Of a DNA stretch of 36,244 bases, positions 9,238-18,019 are shown piece after piece. The position numbers and the translations under genes were made by a program. The stretch lies in assembly GCA_025059915.1 (NCBI GenBank), contig JANXDD010000005.1, positions 1 to 36,244 of the forward strand, written 5' to 3'. Position 1 is the stretch's first letter, and each line of letters begins with the position of its first letter. Origin of the DNA: Bacteroidia bacterium. Lineage in GTDB: Bacteria; Bacteroidota; Bacteroidia; SpSt-205. The notes under the pieces were generated by a model. It saw only the letters and a program-made list of their open reading frames with translations. It was not told where the DNA came from and did not search any database.

Positions 9238-10746
9238 ATGCCCGCATGGCGATATCCCTTCGTGTGGGCAGCAGCGGGCATGATTTTGGGGATTCTCCTT
9301 GCTGAGATTTCAGGGAAGGGAGCTTTGCTCATATGGGGTGGAATAGTAGGGGGAAGTGCCTATGCGTGGTTTAGATTGCAGTGGGGGCGGCTAGTGTGGA
9401 GCTTGCCTCTTTTCGCTTTTCTGGGATGGGTGCGGGCATGGGTGGAAAAACTTCCTCCTCCTAATGCTCTTTCTACTTTCACGGGACATCTGGTTCGGCT
9501 CTCTGGGTATGTAATAGAAGAGCCTTTTCGCACAAAAAGGGCTTATCGGCTTCTTTTGCGGGTAGATTCAGTTTATCTATATCGCTTGAGGCAGCTCTTT
9601 CCTACAGAAGGTCGGCTTCTTCTGTATGTGAGAGACAGTAGCGTAATGACCATTCCTGTCGGGACCCGCATTTATGCTTCCTGCCGGCTGGATAGCATTC
9701 GCTTCGGGGCAGATTATTGGGCACGACAAAAAGTTTTTGTAAGTGCATTTTCAGAAGAGGTGGAGAAAGGAAAGATAGAACCCCTTTACCTCTTCGGTTA
9801 CTTTCAGCGGCTGCGGCAAGCTATAATAGCCAAGATGGAATCCACCTCTCCTCTCTCAGGGGCCCCTCTGGCTGTGGCACAAGCGCTTCTACTGGGATAC
9901 AAGCGGGGCATAGAACCAGAAGTCCGAGAAACTTTCCAGCTCTCTGGCGCAGCTCATATCCTTGCCGTGTCTGGAATGCATGTAGGGCTTGTTTTGTCTG
10001 TATGGCTTTTTCTTCTTTCTAAGCTGCCGGCGGGGTGGGGAAGGCATTGGGTCAGTCAGAGCCTCCTTCTGGTGGTAGTGGTAATGTATGGCTTTCTTAC
10101 TGGCGCCAGTCCTTCTGCAATGCGAGCCGTGATTATGGGAAGTGTGGCTATCGCAGCGCGCATGCTTCAGCAGCTTTATCTGCCGCTGAATGCCTTAGGC
10201 TTTGCAGCATTTCTCCAGAGTGCAGCCGAACCAAATGTAATATATGAACTGGGATTTCAGCTTTCTTACGCAGCCGTAGGAGGAATCATGGCCTTCTACG
10301 AGCCTATCCGAACTTTTCTCTTGCGCCGCTCAAAGAAAGAAAGCCTCTTTTTCTCCTACCTCAAAGACATTACTGCTGTTTCTCTGGCAGCCCAAGGAGG
10401 AACGCTATTTTTGAGCTGGGCGTACTTTGGGCGCTTTCCTATCTACTTTCTGCTGGCGAACTTGATTGCAGTGCCGCTGGCTACAGCATTAGCTTTTTCA
10501 GCAGTGGCGTGGGTCGGGCTTATGTATGTGCCAGGCGTGGCAGAGATAGTGGGCTATCCTCCTTATGCTTTTGCTTGGCTGCTTGTGAAAAGCGTTCAGC
10601 TTATATCTGCACTGCCCGGGGGAAGTCTTTCCCTTCCTGCTATCCCTCCTTATCTGGGGGTATTCCTGACGCTCATCACGATAGTCGCCGTAGGGGTGTG
10701 GCTCCATCATCGCTTGAAAGAAGCCAAAACGCCTTGGCTCATTTGA
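9238..10746 (+). CDS. comEC: ComEC/Rec2 family competence protein (no C-terminal beta-lactamase domain)
   Basis: HILAVSGMHVG, GASPSAMRA, LGFQLSYAAV, NLIAVP, many TM helices, N-terminal OB-like region. Confidence 0.9.
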   Translation: MPAWRYPFVWAAAGMILGILLAEISGKGALLIWGGIVGGSAYAWFRLQWGRLVWSLPLFAFLGWVRAWVEKLPPPNALSTFTGHLVRLSGYVIEEPFRTKRAYRLLLRVDSVYLYRLRQLFPTEGRLLLYVRDSSVMTIPVGTRIYASCRLDSIRFGADYWARQKVFVSAFSEEVEKGKIEPLYLFGYFQRLRQAIIAKMESTSPLSGAPLAVAQALLLGYKRGIEPEVRETFQLSGAAHILAVSGMHVGLVLSVWLFLLSKLPAGWGRHWVSQSLLLVVVVMYGFLTGASPSAMRAVIMGSVAIAARMLQQLYLPLNALGFAAFLQSAAEPNVIYELGFQLSYAAVGGIMAFYEPIRTFLLRRSKKESLFFSYLKDITAVSLAAQGGTLFLSWAYFGRFPIYFLLANLIAVPLATALAFSAVAWVGLMYVPGVAEIVGYPPYAFAWLLVKSVQLISALPGGSLSLPAIPPYLGVFLTLITIVAVGVWLHHRLKEAKTPWLI

Positions 10747-10767
10747 AGTTTGCTTACTTCGTTGCCC

Positions 10768-11184
10768 ATGTACCGCAATCAAGCCATAGAAATAGATGTA
10801 GATGGCTCTTGGCAAGAAAATGGCTATGTGGGCTACGGACTGGTAGTTCGGCAAGATGGAAAAGAAGTATACCGAGAAGGGGGGCGGGTTCCCTCAAATG
10901 ATCCTGACCTTCAGGCTCATCGGCAGATTGGGGGGGAAATCTATGCTGTTGTGCAAGCGGTGCGCTGGTGCCTCCGCCATAAAGTAAAAGCTTGTACCAT
11001 CTATCATGATTACGAGGGCTTAGCTCGCTGGGCGCGTGGAGAGTGGAAAGCTAAAACTACGCTGACCAAGCGCTACGTGGATTTCCTCCGCCGAGCTGGT
11101 GTGGAGATAGAATGGGTGAAGGTGCCAGCCCATGCGGGGCTGGTATGGAATGAGATAGCGAACAAGTTAGCCATGGGCTCCTGA
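10768..11184 (+). CDS. rnhA: Ribonuclease HI-like protein (single domain)
   Basis: VDGS, GGEIYA, YHDYEG, W..G.WKA, KVPAHAG..WNEIANKLA. Start chosen at ATG 10768. Confidence 0.85.
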   Translation: MYRNQAIEIDVDGSWQENGYVGYGLVVRQDGKEVYREGGRVPSNDPDLQAHRQIGGEIYAVVQAVRWCLRHKVKACTIYHDYEGLARWARGEWKAKTTLTKRYVDFLRRAGVEIEWVKVPAHAGLVWNEIANKLAMGS

Positions 11185-11196
11185 GGACTTCCGTTT

Positions 11197-12147
11197 TTAT
11201 ATCCCTAAGCTCTCTATAGCTGCTTCGCAGCGGCTTCGGATTTCTTCTTCTAAATTGTCATAGGCTCTTGGCTGGAAGGTCTCGCCGGTCAGGCGCTGAT
11301 AGACTTCAATGTACCTTTCCCGAGCCTCTTGGATTATGGTAGGAGGGAGGGGAGGAGGGGTGGCATTAGGTTGTCCTTGAAAGCCTTGGCGCATAAGCCA
11401 TTCGCGTACATATTCTTTGGTCAGGTGGATTTGGGGGTCTTGGCGAGCTTGCCTTTCATAGTATCCGTCCAACTTTAAGTACCGAGCACTATCAGGAGTA
11501 TGTACCTCGTCGGCCAGAAGGACTTCTCCATCCCACGTTCCAAATTCATACTTCGCATCGCAGAGGAGCATCCCCCCACGCTCTGCAATCTCTATACCTT
11601 TTTTGAAGAGATAGAAGGCATATTCTCTGATGCGATCCCAGTGGGCTCGGGGCACCAGTCCAGATTCTACTATCTCTCGCTCAGAGATTTCCACATCATG
11701 ACCAATAATGGATTTCGTAGTAGGTGTGAGAATAGGCTCGGGAAGAATATCATTCTCTATAAGTCCGTCGGGCAATCGCACGCCGCTGATTAACCGTCCC
11801 CCAGTCCGATACAAGCGCCACGCATACCCTACTAAGCACCGCCGAATAATCACCTCTACCGGATAAACCTTCACTCGCCGCATCAGAAGCACATTGGGGT
11901 CAGGCGTACTAATCCAAGCAGAGGGCACTTCATTTTGATAAAAGCGGAACATGAAATCCGATATCCCCGTGAGAACTTGCCCTTTATGAGGAATTGTCTC
12001 GGAAAGGATAGTGTCAAACGCCGAGATGCGGTCGGTCGTTACGATCAAAAGGTATTCATGCTCTATCTCGTACACATCGCGTACTTTGCCCCGATAGAAG
12101 CCTGTCTGCTTTGGCAGCTGAAAGTTAGTCTGGTAAAAACCTTGCAT
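11197..12147 (-). CDS. purC: Phosphoribosylaminoimidazole-succinocarboxamide (SAICAR) synthase
   Basis: YRGKVRDVY, TDRISAFD, PHKGQVL, TPTTK, DAKYEFG, DEVHTPDS, KEYVREWL. Confidence 0.97.
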   Translation of the reverse strand: MQGFYQTNFQLPKQTGFYRGKVRDVYEIEHEYLLIVTTDRISAFDTILSETIPHKGQVLTGISDFMFRFYQNEVPSAWISTPDPNVLLMRRVKVYPVEVIIRRCLVGYAWRLYRTGGRLISGVRLPDGLIENDILPEPILTPTTKSIIGHDVEISEREIVESGLVPRAHWDRIREYAFYLFKKGIEIAERGGMLLCDAKYEFGTWDGEVLLADEVHTPDSARYLKLDGYYERQARQDPQIHLTKEYVREWLMRQGFQGQPNATPPPLPPTIIQEARERYIEVYQRLTGETFQPRAYDNLEEEIRSRCEAAIESLGI

Positions 12148-12153
12148 GGCTTT

Positions 12154-12906
12154 TTATGAAGTGGCAGCGTAATGGGCGGCGATTTCCTCTGTCATAGCGA
12201 GGTTGTGATACACCTTTTGAACATCATCGTGTTCCTCCAGCTGCTCTATCAGGCGAAGGGCTTTTTGGGCTTCTTCCCAGCTGAGTTGCACATATGAGCT
12301 GGGAACCCAAGCCAGGGAGGCTTCTTCTGGTTCAATCTTGAGCTTTTCCAGGGCTTCTTGGAGGGCTCCGAAGCTCTCGTAGCTACAAGTTACTACGGCT
12401 GTATCTTCACTGATTTCCACATCTTCTGCGCCTGCTTCTATCATGGCTTCTAAGAAGGTTTCTTCTTGGGGAATTCTTTCGGCGGGGATAGTGAATACTC
12501 CTTTTCGGGAGAAAAGATAAGACACGGCGCCCGAGGTGGCGAGGCTACCCCCTCCGCGGGAAAAAAGCGTCCTAAGCTGAGAAACTGTGCGGTTCGTGTT
12601 ATCGGTCATGGCTTCAATCAGGACAGCTACGCCGCCAGGCGCATAGCCTTCATACATGACTTCTGTGTAGTTTTCTGCGCCAGAGTCGCCTTTGGAAATA
12701 GCGCGTTCAATCACATCCTTAGGCATATTGGCGCGGCGAGCGTTCTGAATAGCCAAACGCAAACGCGGGTTGAAGTCTGGGTTAGGGCCGCCCTCTCGTG
12801 CTGCTACCGTGATTTCTCGCACCAGTCGGGTGAAAAGCGCTCCTCTTTTCGCATCCACTATGGCTTTTTTTCGTTTTATCTGCGCCCATTTACTATGACC
12901 CGCCAT
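12154..12906 (-). CDS. yebC: YebC/PmpR family protein
   Basis: The conserved N-terminus MAGHSKWAQIKRKK fixes the start at 12906; also NPRLR, YEGYAPGG, TDNTNRT, DDVQKVYHN. Confidence 0.97.
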   Translation of the reverse strand: MAGHSKWAQIKRKKAIVDAKRGALFTRLVREITVAAREGGPNPDFNPRLRLAIQNARRANMPKDVIERAISKGDSGAENYTEVMYEGYAPGGVAVLIEAMTDNTNRTVSQLRTLFSRGGGSLATSGAVSYLFSRKGVFTIPAERIPQEETFLEAMIEAGAEDVEISEDTAVVTCSYESFGALQEALEKLKIEPEEASLAWVPSSYVQLSWEEAQKALRLIEQLEEHDDVQKVYHNLAMTEEIAAHYAATS

Positions 12907-12910
12907 ACAA

Positions 12911-12918
12911 CAAAGATA
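12911..12918 (-). promoter_or_regulatory. -7 promoter element TATCTTTG (yebC-purC)
   Basis: Perfect TAnnTTTG, 4 nt before ATG 12906. Confidence 0.78.
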
Positions 12919-12929
12919 CAAAGCCTCTC

Positions 12930-14324
12930 TTAGCGGCTCTTTCTAAGAATATGATAGGCAAATCCACCCACTATTCCCATTCCTGCGGCAGTCATGAAGA
13001 GACGCCATTCCATGCTTTCTGCGCATAGAGGCTCCATGAAGGTTACAGCGAGTGCAGGTAAGGTAGCTCCTGCGATTGTAAGTCCCAGGCGCAGCGCCCC
13101 CCGAAAGCTATACCCCATAGTAAGGGATAAAGCCGTCATGCCTCCATAGGCAAGGAGGGTAGTCCATGCGCTGGCGATGTATCCAAACCTTGGAATGCCA
13201 TATAGATTCCCCATCCAAGTTATCAGACTGCCGACGGCTGTGATGACTATGCCGGGGGTTGGGGTCTTTTTGAGCTTGTACCAAATAGAGGCTTGGATGA
13301 GAGAGCCAGCAAAAAGATTTGCCCATAGAAGGATAGGCACCACTTTGAGCGCTTCATGATAAGCTGTAGGGAAGAGCGGTTTAGGAAGCAGTCCCCCCCA
13401 CTGCGTTGCTAAAAGCGGTTTTGTCCATAGGGTGAGAAAAATCACCCCAATAGAGGCGATGGTGTGATATAAAATCCAGCTTCGGTGGAAAAATGAACTG
13501 TCTCCCCGGTATTCGCCCAGCAGGAGCGGCTCTCCCGCTTGACGATACGCTTGAACAAAAAGCGCCAAAGCCATCGCCGCTTTATATGCAGCTCCATAGA
13601 GAGCAGTTTCTACCAAACTGTACCGAGCCAATAAAATGCGGTCTAATACATCGTTTGTAGCGCCAAGGAGGCCCATGATAGCCAGAGGAACCCCATACTG
13701 CAGAAGTGTGAAAGCTGACGGTGCCTCTGAGGGAGAAGGAGGCGGTCCCCACGCAAGCCCCCATATAAGCCGCAGCGCAGAAGAGAAAAGATTAGCCCCG
13801 AGAATAAACTCCACCCCATAGCCCTGGATACCTACGCCCCATATATTGAGTAAAAGAAAGGTGCCTACATGTCCTATTTGGATTGCGGCAAATCGCAGAG
13901 GCGAGCCTATCGCTCTCTGATGCGCCAAAGTAAAACTGCCCCAAGCATCTACCATCCATATGCTTATAGCCAGCCAGAGAAGGGCTTCTCTCCCCTTATA
14001 CCCTAAGGCTGGAGAAATAAAAGGCACTGCCAGAGCAAGAGGAAAGTTGAGCAGAAGCCCGCTCAGGAGAAGTAGTCGCATCACTCGCCAGAAGGTGCCG
14101 CCTAACTGCTCCTTTCTGCCGAAGCGGAAATACGCTGTCTCCATGCCCAAGCCCGTAGCTATGAGTCCAAAGGCAATCCACGAGTACAATTCAGACAGGC
14201 GCCCGTAGTCTTCTACAGGGAGCCTATGTACATAAAGGGGAGTAAGGAGCCAGTTGAGAAGGCGAGCAGTAGCACTGGTAAGCCCGTAAATCGCTCCATG
14301 ATACAGGAGCCTTCGTAGAGACAC
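12930..14324 (-). CDS. MOP-superfamily polysaccharide/oligosaccharide flippase
   Basis: AIYGLTSATARLLNWLLTPLY, GMETAYFRF, LDRILL, YGAAYK, FVQAYRQAGEP and about 12-14 hydrophobic segments. GTG 14324 preferred because the listed TTG at 14330 lies inside the promoter box. Confidence 0.85.
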   Translation of the reverse strand: MSLRRLLYHGAIYGLTSATARLLNWLLTPLYVHRLPVEDYGRLSELYSWIAFGLIATGLGMETAYFRFGRKEQLGGTFWRVMRLLLLSGLLLNFPLALAVPFISPALGYKGREALLWLAISIWMVDAWGSFTLAHQRAIGSPLRFAAIQIGHVGTFLLLNIWGVGIQGYGVEFILGANLFSSALRLIWGLAWGPPPSPSEAPSAFTLLQYGVPLAIMGLLGATNDVLDRILLARYSLVETALYGAAYKAAMALALFVQAYRQAGEPLLLGEYRGDSSFFHRSWILYHTIASIGVIFLTLWTKPLLATQWGGLLPKPLFPTAYHEALKVVPILLWANLFAGSLIQASIWYKLKKTPTPGIVITAVGSLITWMGNLYGIPRFGYIASAWTTLLAYGGMTALSLTMGYSFRGALRLGLTIAGATLPALAVTFMEPLCAESMEWRLFMTAAGMGIVGGFAYHILRKSR

Positions 14325-14327
14325 GCT

Positions 14328-14335
14328 CAAAGGTA
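14328..14335 (-). promoter_or_regulatory. -7 promoter element TACCTTTG (flippase)
   Basis: Perfect TAnnTTTG, 3 nt before in-frame GTG 14324. Confidence 0.65.
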
Positions 14336-14500
14336 GGAGACTACAGGGGTACTGTCTCGTATGCTATCGCCAGTTTTTTACCGCACAGCTGATGAGCGTA
14401 CGCAGGGGCTACAGGAAAAGGGCTTCAGGGCTGGTATGAGATTACGACTTCTTATAAGCAATTACCGCTGAGAGTGGCTTTTTGAGGGCTTACGAAAAAG

Positions 14501-14621
14501 GTAGTAGATAAGCTAAACTACGTTGAGTACTTCTGTCAGGCTATGCAGCCCTTATGAAGGAAGCAGCTGTGGTAGATAAGCTGAACTACGCTAAGTATCT
14601 TGTAGCTTTGCAGCCTATATG
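14501..14621 (+). repeat. Imperfect direct repeat (two units of about 55 bp, 68-bp period), each containing an 18-bp dyad GTAGnTnAGCTnAnCTAC
   Basis: 14501 gtagtagataagctaaactacgttgagtac...gctatgcagcccttatg versus 14569 gtggtagataagctgaactacgctaagtat...gctttgcagcctatatg. Confidence 0.85.
14603..14610 (+). promoter_or_regulatory. -7 promoter element TAGCTTTG (thrS)
   Basis: Perfect TAnnTTTG, 8 nt before ATG 14619. Confidence 0.7.
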
Positions 14622-16535
14622 CAGCGCATCCTCCACTGGGCTGGACAGACATTTTCTTCTGAAGCTTCACCAGAAGAGCCACTTTACAAGGTTTTAGAAC
14701 GGGTGGGGCTGCCAGCAGGTACGGAGATTCTCACGGCCACTACAAATGGGTCTATCCATGAGCTACAAGCTCCCGTCGGAGACCATGTGGAATTTCAGCT
14801 TTTAGGCTGGGATTCGCCCGAGGGGAAATACGTCTTTTGGCATTCCAGCGCTCATATTCTTGCAGAGGCGATTTTGTCTTTTTTCCCTAAGGCGAAGCTC
14901 AGTATCGGCCCTCCCATAGAGAATGGATTCTACTACGACATAGATTTCGGCGATACTCCCATATCCCCAGAAGATTTTGAGCGCATAGAGCAGAAATTTC
15001 TTGAACTTGCTGCCCAGCCTGAATACTTTGTCCGCAAAAAAGTCTCTAAGGAGGAGGCTCTCTCTTATTACCAGCAGCGAGAAAACCCCTATAAGATAGA
15101 GCTTATTCAAGAGCTTCCCCCTGATGATATTACTTTTTATGAGTCGGGCAATTTCGTAGATTTATGCAAAGGCCCGCATTTGTGGCATTCGGGACCTATT
15201 CGTGCAGTGAAGATCCTTTCGTTGGCGGGGGCTTATTGGCGAGGCGATAGTCGGAATCCTCAGCTGACGCGGGTCTATGCTATAAGCTTTCCTGAGAAAG
15301 CCCTTTTAGAAGAGTATCTCCATTTCTTAGAAGAAGCGGCTCGCCGTGATCACCGAAACCTGGGCAAGCAGCTTGACCTTTTTTCTTTCCACGAGGAGGG
15401 GCCGGGCTTTCCTTTCTGGCATCCTAAAGGCATGCGCCTCCTTACTGCTCTCCAAGACTGGATGCGGGCGAAGCTCCTCCGCAGTGGCTATGAAGAGATA
15501 AGAACGCCAATCATTCTCACTCAGCGCCTGTGGGAGCAATCAGGCCACTATGAGAACTATCGGGAGAACATGTACTTCACTACCATAGACGAAGAGCCCT
15601 ACGCCGTAAAGCCAATGAACTGTCCCGGAAGTACAATTATTTACCGCAGCCGTTTAAGGTCATATCGGGAACTGCCGCTGCGCCTATTTGAGTTTGGGCT
15701 TGTGCATCGGCATGAGCTTTCTGGCGTGCTTACGGGGCTTTTCCGAGTGAGGGCTTTCACCCAAGACGATGCTCATATCTATTGCACGCCAGAGCAGATT
15801 GAGCCAGAAATCACCGCTCTCCTACAGCTGGTGAATGAAGTATATGAAGCCTTCGGATTTTCTCAGCGGGAAATATACCTCTCTACTCGTCCAGAAAAGT
15901 ACATTGGTTCTCTGGAGCTTTGGTCTCAGGCAGAATCAGCTTTAGAGGCTGCATTGCGGAAGTCTGGCTTCACTTTTCAGATTAATCCAGGGGAGGGGGC
16001 TTTCTACGGGCCGAAGATAGACTTTGTTGTGCGGGATAGTTTGAGGCGGCGATGGCAGTTGGGAACGATTCAGTTAGACTTTTCCATGCCCAGACGATTT
16101 GGTTTGGAGTACATTGGTCCGGATGGGCAGCCTTCTACACCAGTGATGATACATCGGGCTATTTTGGGTTCCTTTGAGCGGTTTATAGGGGTGCTGCTGG
16201 AGCACACAGCAGGTGAGCTTCCCCTATGGCTATCCCCTATTCAAGTCAAGGTTTTACCAGTGAGTGAAAAATTTTATGCCTATGCAGATGAGGTCGGCAA
16301 GGCCTTAGCTCAAGCTGGCATACGATGGGCAGTGGATAAAACGGATGAGAAACTTGGCAAAAAAATCAGAGAAGCGGAACAGGAGAAAGTTCCTCTTATC
16401 TGGGTAGTTGGGGCGAAGGAAGCAGAGAGCGGCACTGTCTCTATACGGGATCGGCGCACTCGCACCCAATCGGAGGGAGTGCCCTTGGCGCAGGCTGTGC
16501 AGGATGTTCTTCAGGCTTCCCAGCCCCCTATATAA
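14619..16535 (+). CDS. thrS: Threonine--tRNA ligase
   Basis: Editing domain WHSSAH / DLCKGPH, RDHRNLG, Zn-site KPMNCP, RVRAFTQDDAH, GAFYGPKID, HRAILGSFERF, anticodon-binding domain. Confidence 0.99.
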   Translation: MQRILHWAGQTFSSEASPEEPLYKVLERVGLPAGTEILTATTNGSIHELQAPVGDHVEFQLLGWDSPEGKYVFWHSSAHILAEAILSFFPKAKLSIGPPIENGFYYDIDFGDTPISPEDFERIEQKFLELAAQPEYFVRKKVSKEEALSYYQQRENPYKIELIQELPPDDITFYESGNFVDLCKGPHLWHSGPIRAVKILSLAGAYWRGDSRNPQLTRVYAISFPEKALLEEYLHFLEEAARRDHRNLGKQLDLFSFHEEGPGFPFWHPKGMRLLTALQDWMRAKLLRSGYEEIRTPIILTQRLWEQSGHYENYRENMYFTTIDEEPYAVKPMNCPGSTIIYRSRLRSYRELPLRLFEFGLVHRHELSGVLTGLFRVRAFTQDDAHIYCTPEQIEPEITALLQLVNEVYEAFGFSQREIYLSTRPEKYIGSLELWSQAESALEAALRKSGFTFQINPGEGAFYGPKIDFVVRDSLRRRWQLGTIQLDFSMPRRFGLEYIGPDGQPSTPVMIHRAILGSFERFIGVLLEHTAGELPLWLSPIQVKVLPVSEKFYAYADEVGKALAQAGIRWAVDKTDEKLGKKIREAEQEKVPLIWVVGAKEAESGTVSIRDRRTRTQSEGVPLAQAVQDVLQASQPPI

Positions 16536-16558
16536 GATAAAAATCGTATTTTGGGGCC

Positions 16559-18019
16559 ATGAGAGAAGATATACTCTTAGGGGGGCCATCCGCTTTTTTG
16601 GCGGAGGAGCTGGGGCTTCAGCTTTCTGAAAGGCTTGTTGCCTATCAAGCCTGGTGGGAGACGGAGGGGGCCTCTATCTCTGCAGCGATAGATCGGCTTG
16701 GAACCCCTCATTTGCGACAGTTCAGTCCTACAGGCGAGCGGGTAGATGAAATACTCTATCCTCCCAATTACACTTATCTGCTGGATGCGGGCTACTCAGC
16801 AGGAGTTTTATACGAGGTGGCGGAGAGGCATGATTGGCGGTTCAGCTTTATGTTGGGGTTTATCACCTCGTATTACGATCCGGGGGTGTATTGCCCATAC
16901 ACGGTTACTTTTTCGGCTTGGGTGCCGATATATAAGTACTATTCGGGGGCGCGTCGGGAGGAGTTTCTAAACCTTTTGACTCGGCGGGAACCTCCCTTCG
17001 GACAGGGGGCGACCTGGATGACAGAAATAGGAGGGGGGTCTGACTTAGGGGCAAATGTTCAGACGCATGCGCGTTTCTCTAACGGAATGTGGCTATTGAA
17101 TGGAGAAAAGTATTTCGCCAGTAATGTAGGAGCAGATTTGAGCGTAGTGGCTGCGCGACCGGAAGGAGCTCCTACCGGTGTCAAAGGCGTTGCCCTTTTT
17201 ATCGTTCCGCGGGAAAGGCTCCATGGTATCGGTCGGAATTATTTGATTCGCAGGCTGAAGGACAAGATAGGTACTCGTAGTGTGCCCACGGGGGAGGTGG
17301 AGCTTCGAGAGGCTGAGGGTTATTTGATTGGTGATGCTCGGCAGGGGATTTATTACATCATGGAGGTGCTCAACTTTTCTCGGGTGGCAAATAGCATCGG
17401 GGTAGTAGCACATGGACTACATGCTCTTTCACAGGCATATCGGTTTGCCCAGCAAAGGAGGCTTTTTGGGCGATTTTTAGTAGAGCAGCCCCTTTTTCGG
17501 CATGAGCTGGCTCAGCAGTATGAAAGGCTCCGATGGGCAGGTGCGCTGGCTTGGCTTACTGAGCAGTGGTTAGAGACCGTCTGGCTTGAAAAGCCCCCTT
17601 ACTCAGAAAAGTATGCCCTCTTTCGCCTTTTGACTCATTTGGCGAAATTCTGGACTGCGAAAGTTGCCCTTCAAGCTGCCCAGTGGAACTTTGAAATATG
17701 GGCAGGGCTGGGGACGCTTAGAGAGTTTCCACCTGAGCGCTTCGTTCGGGAGCTGCTGGTAACTGACATTTGGGAGGGGACCCGACATCGCCACCTTCTG
17801 GATGGGTGGGAAGTCCTGCGGCGCTATCCCCTTCTCTCTCACATATCCGCACTGTGGGAGATTCAGGCAGTAGATTCTTCTCTGCTCACCGATATAGAGA
17901 AGGCTCTAAGCCTTCCCGAAGAAGAAGCTATTTCGCTCATAGAACCTCTACTCACCCGCCTCGCTCAGGCCATCGGTATGATTACAGCGGAAAAGCGTTC
18001 CTATGCAGTGTTAGCCTAA
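16559..18019 (+). CDS. Acyl-CoA dehydrogenase family protein (AidB-like)
   Basis: CPYTVT, WMTEIGGGSD, LNGEKYFAS, RRLKDKIGTRSVPTGEVE, RRLFG, LAKFW, IWEGT. Upstream TATTTTGG (16547-16554) lies 4 nt before the ATG. Confidence 0.88.
   Translation: MREDILLGGPSAFLAEELGLQLSERLVAYQAWWETEGASISAAIDRLGTPHLRQFSPTGERVDEILYPPNYTYLLDAGYSAGVLYEVAERHDWRFSFMLGFITSYYDPGVYCPYTVTFSAWVPIYKYYSGARREEFLNLLTRREPPFGQGATWMTEIGGGSDLGANVQTHARFSNGMWLLNGEKYFASNVGADLSVVAARPEGAPTGVKGVALFIVPRERLHGIGRNYLIRRLKDKIGTRSVPTGEVELREAEGYLIGDARQGIYYIMEVLNFSRVANSIGVVAHGLHALSQAYRFAQQRRLFGRFLVEQPLFRHELAQQYERLRWAGALAWLTEQWLETVWLEKPPYSEKYALFRLLTHLAKFWTAKVALQAAQWNFEIWAGLGTLREFPPERFVRELLVTDIWEGTRHRHLLDGWEVLRRYPLLSHISALWEIQAVDSSLLTDIEKALSLPEEEAISLIEPLLTRLAQAIGMITAEKRSYAVLA

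Noticed and set aside
9238-11184. comEC plus RNase H as a novel nucleic-acid uptake or retro-element system
   Set aside because: No reverse transcriptase, integrase or other competence genes nearby; adjacency of unrelated genes is the norm in this window.
14331-14618. T-box riboswitch or E. coli-type tRNA-mimic operator upstream of thrS
   Set aside because: No GGTGGnACC T-box sequence, the repeat hairpin loops lack a Thr anticodon-like triplet, and the -7 box is only 8 nt from the ATG, so the region is probably not in the mRNA.
14501-14621. Mini CRISPR array (68-bp period, palindromic repeats)
   Set aside because: Only two imperfect copies, similarity continues through the would-be spacer, and there are no cas genes in the window.
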